DNA of 64,000 nucleotides from Gemmatimonas sp. (lineage in GTDB: Bacteria > Gemmatimonadota > Gemmatimonadetes > Gemmatimonadales > Gemmatimonadaceae), in NCBI GenBank assembly GCA_965279375.1, contig OZ257156.1:3744001-3808000 (forward strand), written 5' to 3'. Under the pieces are notes generated by a model. The model had not been told where the DNA came from. It saw only the letters and a program-made list of their open reading frames with translations, and did no database searches. Below, piece after piece: positions 1 to 8,533 of the stretch (position 1 is the stretch's first letter; every line of letters starts with the position of its first letter). The translations under genes were made by a program, and so were the position numbers.

Positions 1-2
1 GG

Positions 3-998
3 AAGCCGCTCTACATTCGGGACGACGATTATCGCCTTTCGTTCGCGTACGGCAACTTCGCCACGCTGTCGAACGTGAAGGAGAAGGACATCGCGCGCAT
101 CCTCGAGTACCGCCTGTCACCGTTGTACGTCTCGGTCCATGCGACGCCGTGGGAAGCGCGGAAGGTGCTGCTAAACAACCCGCGCGTCCCCAACATCGTC
201 GAGCAGCTCACGCGGCTCGCCGAGGGCGGCATTCAGTTTCACGCGCAGATGGTCATCGTGCCGGGACTAAACGACGGCGCGGTCCTGGAAGAGTCGCTGT
301 CCGACCTGTACAATCTGGGCGACGCGGTGATGTCCGTGGCGCTGGTTCCGGTGGGCGTGACCCAGTTCTCGCATCTGTACAACGGCAAGTCGATGGATCG
401 CGAGAACGCGCAGATCCTGCTCGACGCCGTGGAGCGCTGGGAAGCACGGGCGCTCGCCGAGCGAGACGATCGCTGGGTCTTCGGCTCCGACGAGTTGTAT
501 CTGCTGGCGGAGCGCGAGCTGCCGAACGTGGAGCACTACGGCGAGTTCTCGCAGATCGAGAACGGTGTCGGCGCCGTGACGTCGCTGCGGATGCGCATCA
601 AGGACGGGCTGTCGCAGCTGCCGCGCCTCGACGGGCGCCGTATCGGCGTCGTGACGGGCACGTCCATGGCGGCGCTGATGCCGGAACTGCTGGACCAACT
701 GCACGAGGCGACGGGTGCGACCTTTGTGCTGATTCCGATGGAAAACACCCTGTTTGGCCCGACCACCACGACCGCCGGCCTGTTGGTTGGCGCCGATATT
801 CGGCGCGCACTGGCCGATCGCAGCGATTTGGACATGGCACTGATCCCCGCCGAGTGCATCAACGACGACGGTCTCTTTCTTGATGAAGAGTCGTTCGTTG
901 CCGTGCGCGAAGCGATGCCGATGCCGGTCTATCCTTCGTATGACTTCATAGACGCGCTGGTCCCGGAAGGTGACGCGGCGATGACCCCTGCCGCATGA
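3..998 (+). CDS. DUF512 family radical-SAM-like Fe-S oxidoreductase (5' truncated by window edge)
   Basis: Frame open from nt 3: LYIRDDDYRLSFAYGNFATLSN, later PLYVSVHAT, QIENGVG and AGLLVG motifs typical of DUF512; commonly found upstream of der. Confidence 0.85.
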   Translation, partial: KPLYIRDDDYRLSFAYGNFATLSNVKEKDIARILEYRLSPLYVSVHATPWEARKVLLNNPRVPNIVEQLTRLAEGGIQFHAQMVIVPGLNDGAVLEESLSDLYNLGDAVMSVALVPVGVTQFSHLYNGKSMDRENAQILLDAVERWEARALAERDDRWVFGSDELYLLAERELPNVEHYGEFSQIENGVGAVTSLRMRIKDGLSQLPRLDGRRIGVVTGTSMAALMPELLDQLHEATGATFVLIPMENTLFGPTTTTAGLLVGADIRRALADRSDLDMALIPAECINDDGLFLDEESFVAVREAMPMPVYPSYDFIDALVPEGDAAMTPAA

Positions 999-2314
999 GC
1001 CTCCCAGTCGTAGCAATCGTCGGCCGCCCCAATGTGGGCAAGTCGCAACTGTTCAACCGCATCATGGGCGACACCACCGCCATCGTATCGGAGGAGGCGG
1101 GTACCACGCGTGATCGTCACTTCGGTCAGGCCGAGTGGGCCGGTCGTCATTTCTGGCTCGTGGATACCGGTGGTCTCGTGGAAGACTCCAACGAGCCCAT
1201 GGACAACGAGATCCGCAAGCAGGTCATGCAGGCGATCGAAGAAGCCGACATGCTGCTGCTCGTGGTGGACTCCAAGGTCGGCGTCCATCCAAGTGACGCG
1301 CGGCTCGTGGACATCCTGCGTCAGGCGCGCAAGCCGTGGATGATCGTCGCAAACAAGGTCGACCTCCCGGAGAGCACCGACTGGTACGAGTTCTATCGAC
1401 TGGGCGCGGGCGACGTGTTCCCGCTCTCCGCGCAGAACGGCAAGGGCTCTGGCGACGTGCTGGATGCCGTGGTCGAGCGCATTCCGGAAATGCCGGAGCA
1501 GGAAGATGAAGCGGTGCGCATCGCCGTGATCGGGCGACCGAACGTGGGCAAGTCGTCGTTCGTGAATCGGTTGCTTGGTGAAGAGCGCTTGGTCGTGAAC
1601 GACGAAGCCGGCACCACGCGCGACTCGATCGACGCGCCGATGCGCTACAAGGAGCGCGATCTCATCTTCGTGGACACCGCCGGTTTGCGTCGACAGTCCA
1701 AGATCGATGATGGCATCGAGTTCTATGCCGCACTGCGCACGCGTCGCGCGATCGACTCGGCGGACGTCTGCATCCTCATGATCGACGCGACCGAGGGGCT
1801 CCAGAATCAGGACCTCAAGATCGCGACGATGGCCTGGGAAGCCGGACGCGGGCTGATCATCGTCATGAACAAGTGGGACCTGTACGACGAGAAGGACGGC
1901 AAGAGCGCGGCGAAGCTGACGAAGGAGATGACGGAAAAGGCGCCGTATCTCAACAACGTTCCGTTTCTCTTCTCCTCGGCCAAGACCGGTCAGCGCGTCA
2001 CCAAGGTGCTCGATCTGGCGCTCTCGGTGCAGGAGCAGCGCACGCGTCGCATCTCCACGTCGCAGGTCAACGACGGACTGCAGGAGCTGCTGGCGCGGTT
2101 GCAGCCGCCGCAGGCTGCGGGCCGCGAAGTGAAGCTCAATTACGCCACGCAGGTGGAGGTCGAGCCGCCGACGTTCGCGATCTTCGGCAATCATCCGGAG
2201 CTCATCCCGGAGAACTACATCCGCTACCTGCACAACGGCTTCCGCGACAAGTGGGGCTTCCTCGGCTCTCCTGTGCGCATCCTGATGCGCCGCAAGAACG
2301 AGCGCGAAGAGTGA
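995..2314 (+). CDS. der: Ribosome biogenesis GTPase Der (EngA)
   Basis: Two tandem GTPase domains (GRPNVGKS x2, DTGG/DTAG, NKVD/NKWD) plus C-terminal KH-like domain. Confidence 0.98.
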   Translation: MSLPVVAIVGRPNVGKSQLFNRIMGDTTAIVSEEAGTTRDRHFGQAEWAGRHFWLVDTGGLVEDSNEPMDNEIRKQVMQAIEEADMLLLVVDSKVGVHPSDARLVDILRQARKPWMIVANKVDLPESTDWYEFYRLGAGDVFPLSAQNGKGSGDVLDAVVERIPEMPEQEDEAVRIAVIGRPNVGKSSFVNRLLGEERLVVNDEAGTTRDSIDAPMRYKERDLIFVDTAGLRRQSKIDDGIEFYAALRTRRAIDSADVCILMIDATEGLQNQDLKIATMAWEAGRGLIIVMNKWDLYDEKDGKSAAKLTKEMTEKAPYLNNVPFLFSSAKTGQRVTKVLDLALSVQEQRTRRISTSQVNDGLQELLARLQPPQAAGREVKLNYATQVEVEPPTFAIFGNHPELIPENYIRYLHNGFRDKWGFLGSPVRILMRRKNEREE

Positions 2315-2925
2315 TTGCAGTCGCTGTGATCGCGGCGTACTTGTTCGGCTCCATTCCTACGGCCTATCTCGTGGGCCGTGCGAATGGAGTGGACCTGCGC
2401 ACCGTTGGATCCGGCAACCTTGGCGCGACCAACGTGTTCCGCACGTTGGGGTGGAAGTGGGGACTGTTCGTGTACGTCAGCGACATGCTCAAAGGCGTGC
2501 TGCCGGTGCTGCTGCTGCCCGGCTTCGCCAAGGTCGCGGCGGGATGGCCGTGGGGCGTTGCGTTCGGTGTCGCCGCGATCGTAGGCCACGTGCGCCCGAT
2601 CTTCCTGATGGGCAAGGGCGGCGGCAAAGGCGTGGCGACTGCCAGTGGTGTCTTCCTCGCGCTCGCACCGGTGCCGGCGCTCTGTGCGCTCGCGGCCTTC
2701 ATCATCGTTGTCGCACTGTGGCGCTACGTGTCGCTCGGCTCCCTCGTGGGCGCTGTCGTGCTGCCGCTGGTGCTGGGCTTTCAGGAGCGCGCGTTGACGC
2801 CGCTGGTGCTGGTGAGCGCGACTGTCGCTGCCTTCGTGTTCTGGACGCACCGGGAGAACATCGGTCGGTTGCGTCGTGGTGAAGAGCGGCGTGTCGGACG
2901 TTCACGTGGAGAGCAGCAGGCATGA
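2311..2925 (+). CDS. plsY: Glycerol-3-phosphate acyltransferase PlsY
   Basis: YLFGSIP, GSGNLGATN, GGKGVA and HRENIGRL motifs; GTG at 2311 overlaps der stop (within the 1873..2925 ORF). Confidence 0.96.
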   Translation: MIAVAVIAAYLFGSIPTAYLVGRANGVDLRTVGSGNLGATNVFRTLGWKWGLFVYVSDMLKGVLPVLLLPGFAKVAAGWPWGVAFGVAAIVGHVRPIFLMGKGGGKGVATASGVFLALAPVPALCALAAFIIVVALWRYVSLGSLVGAVVLPLVLGFQERALTPLVLVSATVAAFVFWTHRENIGRLRRGEERRVGRSRGEQQA

Positions 2926-3959
2926 GCGCTGTGGAGACATCAGTGCCGACCGTCGACGCTGGCGTGATTCGGTGTGCGGTCGTTGGCGGTGGCGCGTGGG
3001 GCACCGCCATAGCTGACCGACTGGTGCGCAACGGCCACGATGTGGTGCTCTGGGCGCGTGAGGAGGACGTGGTCGAGGCAGTCAATGCGCGACACGAGAA
3101 TCCACGCTTCCTTCCCGGCGCTTCGCTGGCGACCGCGTTGCGCGCGAGCAGTGACATGGCGCAGGCACTGAACGGCGCGCAGCTCGTCATCTACGCGGCG
3201 CCGTCGCACGTGCTGCGGCTCGTCGTGGCAGCCGGTGCTGCAGCGATTGCGACCGACGCGGTTCTCGCCGTGGCCACCAAGGGCATCGAGCGCGAAACCT
3301 TGGCGCTGATGACCGATGTCGTCGCGTCAGCGGCACCCGGGCATCCCGTGGTGGCCGTGAGTGGACCAAGCTTTGCCGCCGAAGTCGCTGCCGGTCAACC
3401 GACGGCGGTGGTGGCTGCGTGTAGCGATCACGCGGCCGCAAAGCTGGTCCAGCGTGCGATGAGCGCAGCGGCGTTCCGCGTTTACACCAGCGATGACGTC
3501 GTCGGCGTTGAACTCGGCGGCGCACTCAAGAACGTGATGGCCGTGGCGACTGGTATCCTCGATGGTTTGGGGCTTGGCTACAATCCGCGCGCCGCGTTGA
3601 TGACGCGTGGCCTGGCCGAGATGACGCGACTTGGTCTGGCATTGGGCGCGCGCGGTGAAACGTTTGCTGGACTCGCCGGACTCGGCGATCTCGTGCTGAC
3701 ATGCACCGGTGCGCTGTCGCGCAATCGCGCCGTAGGTGTGGCGATCGGGCAGGGACAGACGCTCGATGAAGCGCTGGCCGGAAAGGACAGCGTCGCCGAG
3801 GGCGTACTGAATGCGCAGAGCGCGAAGGCGCTCGCCGACCGGCTCGGCGTTGAGATGCCGATCATCGACGCAACGCATCGCATTCTGTTTGCGGGACAGC
3901 CGCCCAAGGAAGCCATCGCCGAGCTGATGGCGCGTGAACTCCGAGCCGAGCGAGACTGA
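2922..3959 (+). CDS. gpsA: NAD(P)H-dependent glycerol-3-phosphate dehydrogenase
   Basis: GGGAWGTA Rossmann motif, SGPSFA, GALKNV, GLGDLVLTC..SRN. Confidence 0.97.
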   Translation: MSAVETSVPTVDAGVIRCAVVGGGAWGTAIADRLVRNGHDVVLWAREEDVVEAVNARHENPRFLPGASLATALRASSDMAQALNGAQLVIYAAPSHVLRLVVAAGAAAIATDAVLAVATKGIERETLALMTDVVASAAPGHPVVAVSGPSFAAEVAAGQPTAVVAACSDHAAAKLVQRAMSAAAFRVYTSDDVVGVELGGALKNVMAVATGILDGLGLGYNPRAALMTRGLAEMTRLGLALGARGETFAGLAGLGDLVLTCTGALSRNRAVGVAIGQGQTLDEALAGKDSVAEGVLNAQSAKALADRLGVEMPIIDATHRILFAGQPPKEAIAELMARELRAERD

Positions 3960-3966
3960 ACAGCGC

Positions 3967-4347
3967 ATGATACGCGGCGAGCCTGTCCAGGAGTTCTACT
4001 CGATCGGTGAGGTGTGTGCGCTGACCGATCTCAAGCCACACGTACTGCGGTACTGGGAGAGCCAGTTCAAGCTGCTCAATCCCGCCAAGAATCGCAGCGG
4101 CAATCGCGTGTACGCACGGCGCGAGGTCGAGCTGATCTTGCTGGTGAAGCATCTGCTGTACACCGAGAAGTACACCATCGATGGCGCACGCCAGAAGCTC
4201 GACGAACACCGGAAAGGCGGCAGTCTGCGCACCGAAGCGCGCGTTGCCCTCGAATTGCAGTCGATCGAGTCGTTGGAGCGCGACCTGTCCGAGCTCGTAG
4301 CCTTGCTCGATCAGCGACTGCCCAACACCGCGCGATCGTCGCCGTAA
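3967..4347 (+). CDS. MerR-family HTH transcriptional regulator
   Basis: YSIGEV...HVLRYWESQF...GNRVY MerR wHTH; ATG at 3967 chosen. Confidence 0.9.
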   Translation: MIRGEPVQEFYSIGEVCALTDLKPHVLRYWESQFKLLNPAKNRSGNRVYARREVELILLVKHLLYTEKYTIDGARQKLDEHRKGGSLRTEARVALELQSIESLERDLSELVALLDQRLPNTARSSP

Positions 4348-4364
4348 CCCGCCTCATCTCCGCT

Positions 4365-5123
4365 ATGCGCATCCTGCTGAGCAATGACGACGGAATTCTT
4401 GCCAAGGGACTCGGCGTGCTGGAGCGCGCCGCGGAATCGCTTGGCGAGTTGTACGTGGTGGCCCCCGATCGCGAACAGAGCGCGACGAGCCATTCGCTGA
4501 CCCTGCATCATCCGCTGCGGCCCGTGCGACTCGGTGAGCGGCGCTGGCAGATCGATGGTACGCCGACCGACTGCGTGATGATCGCGTGCGAAGAACTGCT
4601 CGAGCATCGCCCCGACTTCGTGCTGAGCGGCATCAATCACGGTCCGAACATGGGCGAGGACGTGCTGTATTCCGGCACCGTGGCAGCGGCGATGGAAGGT
4701 CTCGCCCTTGGCATTCCGTCGATCGCGGTGTCGTTCGCGGGAAGCGTGCAGCGTGCGGACGCGCTGCTCGATACGCAGGTGGAGCTGCTGCGGACCATTC
4801 TCGCGCGCCTCACGTCGCTCACAAAGTTTCCGGCGGATACGCTACTCAACGTCAACCTGCCGAACATCGCGTCGGATCAGGTGAAGGGCATCAAACTGAC
4901 GCGGCTCGGCCGGCGTGTGTTCAGCGATTCGATTGCCAAGATGAAGGATCCGTGGGGGCGAGAGATTCTCTGGATCGGCGGTGGGTCTGTTGAATGGAGT
5001 GGTCCGCCTGACTCCGATTTCCGCGCGGTTCACGACGGCTACGTGTCGGTGACGCCGCTTCACCTCGATCTGACGCATCGCGCGGTGCTCGATGCAGCGG
5101 CGGATTGGTGGCAGGAACCCTAG
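4365..5123 (+). CDS. surE: 5'/3'-nucleotidase SurE
   Basis: MRILLSNDDG, GTPTDCV, SGINHGPN, YSGTVAAA; ATG at 4365. Confidence 0.97.
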   Translation: MRILLSNDDGILAKGLGVLERAAESLGELYVVAPDREQSATSHSLTLHHPLRPVRLGERRWQIDGTPTDCVMIACEELLEHRPDFVLSGINHGPNMGEDVLYSGTVAAAMEGLALGIPSIAVSFAGSVQRADALLDTQVELLRTILARLTSLTKFPADTLLNVNLPNIASDQVKGIKLTRLGRRVFSDSIAKMKDPWGREILWIGGGSVEWSGPPDSDFRAVHDGYVSVTPLHLDLTHRAVLDAAADWWQEP

Positions 5124-5764
5124 AGCCGGAGTTCCGCGGCGCGCGTCGGCGCCTGGTGGAGATGTTGCAGGAGAAGGGGATCAAGGATCTCGCGCTGCTG
5201 CGCGCGATCGATCAAGTCCCCCGACATCTCTTCGTTCCGCCGACCGTGCGTCATCGTGCGTATACGGATTCATCGATACCGATTGGCAACGGCCAAACGA
5301 TCTCGCAGCCGTACGTGCACGCGCGCTCGGTGGAGCAGCTGGCGTTGACCGGAAACGAGCGCGTGCTCGAGATCGGCACGGGCTCTGCGTATCAGACCGC
5401 GTTGCTCGCACAGTTGGCGTCGCAGGTGTTTTCGGTCGAACGGTTTGCCGCGTTGCTCGATCGCGCGCGCACAGTGTTGGCGCAGGCCAACGTGCGTAAC
5501 GTTTCGCTCTCTCTCGGTGACGGTACGCTCGGGTGGCGCGAGTATGCGCCCTATGACGCGATCGTCGTCAGCGCAGGCGCGCCACACGTTCCACCCGCGT
5601 TGGAATCGCAGCTCGCCGAAGGTGGACGCCTGCTGATTCCGCTTGGCGACAAGACGGACCAGATGTTGACGTTGTGCGTGAAAGAAGGTGGTCGGCTGGT
5701 GATGCGTGACATCGTACCCGTCCGCTTCGTCCCCTTGATTGGGGCCGGTGGCTGGCCGGCCTGA
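5105..5764 (+). CDS. pcm: Protein-L-isoaspartate O-methyltransferase
   Basis: VPRHLFV, GQTISQP, VLEIGTGS, APYDAI, VRFVPL; follows surE. Confidence 0.96.
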   Translation: MVAGTLEPEFRGARRRLVEMLQEKGIKDLALLRAIDQVPRHLFVPPTVRHRAYTDSSIPIGNGQTISQPYVHARSVEQLALTGNERVLEIGTGSAYQTALLAQLASQVFSVERFAALLDRARTVLAQANVRNVSLSLGDGTLGWREYAPYDAIVVSAGAPHVPPALESQLAEGGRLLIPLGDKTDQMLTLCVKEGGRLVMRDIVPVRFVPLIGAGGWPA

Positions 5765-5827
5765 TGTCATCTGGACGTTGATCGCGTCCAGACGTCTGGC
5801 AGCGCACTTTCGCTTTCACGAGCGTAC

Positions 5828-6961
5828 ATGACCACGACCTCGCACACCTCCGGCAACTCCGCTCACGCGCGCACGATGAACTCGGGCCCGTATGCGGGAC
5901 CGCATCGTCGTCCTAGCGACGACGCTCGCGCGGTCGAAGCCGCGATCGCTCGCGCCGGGAGTGCCGCGCTGGGGCCGTATCTGCCGGCTGCTGCAGGCTC
6001 GGCGCTCGAACGCGCGGGGCTCGCGCTCGCGACGACCTCCGCGTCGATCGCTGTGGCCGCTGCAGGTGTGGCGTTCCTGCAGGATACCTCCGCGATCGAC
6101 AGCGACGATCTGTCGCAGGCGCTGCCGTTCGCGAGCGAGCACAAAGCGTCACTGGAGTCCGTGGATGACTCGTTCGGCGTGGTTGCGGACAGTGCTCTCC
6201 CGCCCGTCGCGGCGACGGCGGAGTTGCCGTGGATCACCACGTTTCTCGATGACGTGACACCAGTCTCGACCGCGAATTCATCAGAGGCGACGCTCGCGCC
6301 CAGCGACTGGTTCGATGCCGAGGCCTCTATCGAGCAGTTGGTCGCTGCGGAGAATGTCTCCTCCGAATTCATCGCCGTCGAGAAGCCCGCTGCGGAATTC
6401 GAGTTGGTCCAGCAGGAGTTCGCGAACTCGGAGTTCGCGACCGACGAACTCCCGAGCGAGGAGCTCGCGCCGTTTGCGTCGGCTTTCGGTGTGTCCGAGT
6501 CGAACGACGAGATTGAGGCCGAGTTGCACGGCGCGTGGGATGCTGACGGCGTGGGTGCGGAGATGCGCGCGATCGCGGATGCGCTGAGCGCGCACATCGC
6601 ACCGGCGCTTGTCGATGCAACCGAGCCGGCATGGCTTGGTGAGGCCGGCGATGCGGTCACAGAGGTGGCGGAGTCTGAGCCGTTGGCGATGTGGGCGGAC
6701 GACGACTTTCCCGCGACGACGGCCACCAGCGTACTTGACGTCACCGTCGAAGCGGAATCGCTCGCGATTGCGGCGGCGGCCCTGGAGTCGGCGGAGCAGC
6801 TCGCGTTGGCGCAGGAATCGGCCGCAGCGGCGCTCGAGTCGTTGGCGCAGCGCGTGCGCAGCGGCGATCTGGAGATCCTCGGCTTTCGTGCGGACCAAGG
6901 GGATGCGGCGGCGGTTGCGGCGGCGCTTGCCGCTCTGCTTGGCGCACCGCGTCGCGGCTAG
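5828..6961 (+). CDS. Hypothetical acidic, Ala/Glu-rich, probably disordered protein
   Basis: 377-aa ORF filling the gap between pcm and acylphosphatase in operon orientation; no recognisable family motif. Confidence 0.7.
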   Translation: MTTTSHTSGNSAHARTMNSGPYAGPHRRPSDDARAVEAAIARAGSAALGPYLPAAAGSALERAGLALATTSASIAVAAAGVAFLQDTSAIDSDDLSQALPFASEHKASLESVDDSFGVVADSALPPVAATAELPWITTFLDDVTPVSTANSSEATLAPSDWFDAEASIEQLVAAENVSSEFIAVEKPAAEFELVQQEFANSEFATDELPSEELAPFASAFGVSESNDEIEAELHGAWDADGVGAEMRAIADALSAHIAPALVDATEPAWLGEAGDAVTEVAESEPLAMWADDDFPATTATSVLDVTVEAESLAIAAAALESAEQLALAQESAAAALESLAQRVRSGDLEILGFRADQGDAAAVAAALAALLGAPRRG

Positions 6962-6966
6962 CATCG

Positions 6967-7266
6967 ATGGACTCCGTGCGGGCTCCGGAGGGGCGTCGGT
7001 TCGTCGTGGTGGGTCGGGTGCAGGGCGTTGGCTTTCGCTGGTTCGTCTGCGAGCAGGCGCGCGCACAGGGCTGCGCAGGGTTCGTGTGCAATCAGCCGGA
7101 CGGCACGGTGCTGGGCGAGGCGGCGGGTCCGTCGGATCGCCTGACTCGTCTCGAGCAGTTGCTCAAGGTGGGACCGTCCGGGGCCCGCGTGACTCACGTG
7201 ATGGCTTCGCCAATTCCGTTCGACTCGGCGCATCCGATGCCGTTTCCATTCGAGCTTCGTAGCTGA
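6967..7266 (+). CDS. acyP: Acylphosphatase
   Basis: GRVQGVGFR and GFVCNQPDGTV motifs. Confidence 0.92.
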   Translation: MDSVRAPEGRRFVVVGRVQGVGFRWFVCEQARAQGCAGFVCNQPDGTVLGEAAGPSDRLTRLEQLLKVGPSGARVTHVMASPIPFDSAHPMPFPFELRS

Positions 7267-7313
7267 TCGCACGGGGAGATCGACGGGCGAAGACGAGTGC
7301 CATAGTTTGCGGC

Positions 7314-7856
7314 ATGACCGACGATTCGAGGGACCTGCTTGCCGCGCGTGTACGTGCGGCGATCACCGATGTGCCTGACTTTCCGAAGCCGGGGATTCTG
7401 TTCCGCGACATCACTCCGCTGTTGGCGAATCCGCGTCTGTTGTCCGAGACACTGGCTGCGATGGCGAGTCCATTCACCTCGACCGGCGTGACGCATGTGG
7501 TGGGCATCGAGAGCCGAGGATTCTTGTTTGGCGTCTCGATCGCTCAGTCACTGGACGTTGCATTCGTTCCCGTCCGCAAACCGGGAAAGCTGCCGCGCGC
7601 GGTGTACGAGGAGCGATTTGCGCTGGAGTATGGAACGGATTCGCTCTCCATTCATTGCGATGCGTTGCCGCAGGGCGCACGCGTGCTCGTGGTGGACGAT
7701 GTCTTGGCGACGGGTGGAACGGCGCGGGCCGCGATTCGTCTCGTGGAGATGAGCGGGGCAGGGGTAGTCGGCGTGTCCGTGCTGAGCGAACTGACGTTTC
7801 TTGGTGGACGGGCGGCGCTCACTGGCTACGACGTGGCCACCGTGGTGCAGTACTGA
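7314..7856 (+). CDS. apt: Adenine phosphoribosyltransferase
   Basis: PDFPKPGILFRDIT, RKPGKLP, LEYG, VDDVLATGGT. Confidence 0.97.
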   Translation: MTDDSRDLLAARVRAAITDVPDFPKPGILFRDITPLLANPRLLSETLAAMASPFTSTGVTHVVGIESRGFLFGVSIAQSLDVAFVPVRKPGKLPRAVYEERFALEYGTDSLSIHCDALPQGARVLVVDDVLATGGTARAAIRLVEMSGAGVVGVSVLSELTFLGGRAALTGYDVATVVQY

Positions 7857-7946
7857 TTGGGTTGCGGATCTCGGTGATGACCGTTGCGCAGGTGTCAGTC
7901 GCGAACGGCTGGCGCCGTCGGAACGACCATGCGAACTTGACTGCGC

Positions 7947-8020
7947 GCCCCCGTAGCTCAGTTGGATAGAGCAGCAGTTTCCTAAACTGTTGGTCGCCGG
8001 TTCGACTCCGGCCGGGGGTA
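7947..8020 (+). tRNA. tRNA-Arg (anticodon CCT); 3' CCA not encoded
   Basis: Cloverleaf: acceptor GCCCCCG/CGGGGGT, D-arm GCTC..GAGC, anticodon arm GCAGT-TTCCTAA-ACTGT, T-arm GCCGG-TTCGACT-CCGGC. Confidence 0.96.
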
Positions 8021-8061
8021 CTGGTAAGACGAACGGATTTTCAGAGCGGAACAGAGCGATG

Positions 8062-8103
8062 TGAGGCGGGCGTCAGCTAAGACGCCCGCCTCAGTTCGTT
8101 TCT
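8062..8103 (+). terminator. Intrinsic terminator after the tRNA (possibly bidirectional)
   Basis: Perfect 13-bp stem TGAGGCGGGCGTC/GACGCCCGCCTCA, 6-nt loop, followed by GTTCGTTTCT. Confidence 0.75.
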
Positions 8104-8144
8104 CAACTACGATCGTGCGATGCGACCATGCGGTGCGGCGCCGT

Positions 8145-8453
8145 CTAGCGAACGGATCGGATGTCGCCTGGCTCCTGGCGTTTGCGCAGCAAGCGCGAAG
8201 AAAGGGCCATGAGGAGACCGATAACCAGAACGGCGCCACCGCCATTGACATACGCACGTGCGGCGGCGGGCGCCGTGCTGGCCGGAAAGAGCAGCGGCTG
8301 GAGTGCGAGCACGGCGGAGCCGATGTAGACCATCATCCATCCTGCCGATCCAGTCGTGAACTCACGATGTCGCACGCTGACAATGCACTCGCGGGCTACG
8401 CCGAGGGCGCAGCCAATGAGGATGAGGTACCAGATGGAGCTGCTGAGAGTCAC
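8145..8453 (-). CDS. Small hypothetical membrane protein (102 aa, about 3 TM helices)
   Basis: GTG at 8453 preceded by GAGG; three hydrophobic segments and a basic C-terminus. Confidence 0.6.
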   Translation of the reverse strand: MTLSSSIWYLILIGCALGVARECIVSVRHREFTTGSAGWMMVYIGSAVLALQPLLFPASTAPAAARAYVNGGGAVLVIGLLMALSSRLLRKRQEPGDIRSVR

Positions 8454-8533
8454 GATGGCCTCGGTGGTTGAAGAGAAACGTCGTGTTGGTTCTGGGGGGT
8501 GATGCGCCTGCGGGCCTGCATATGTGGAGTCCG

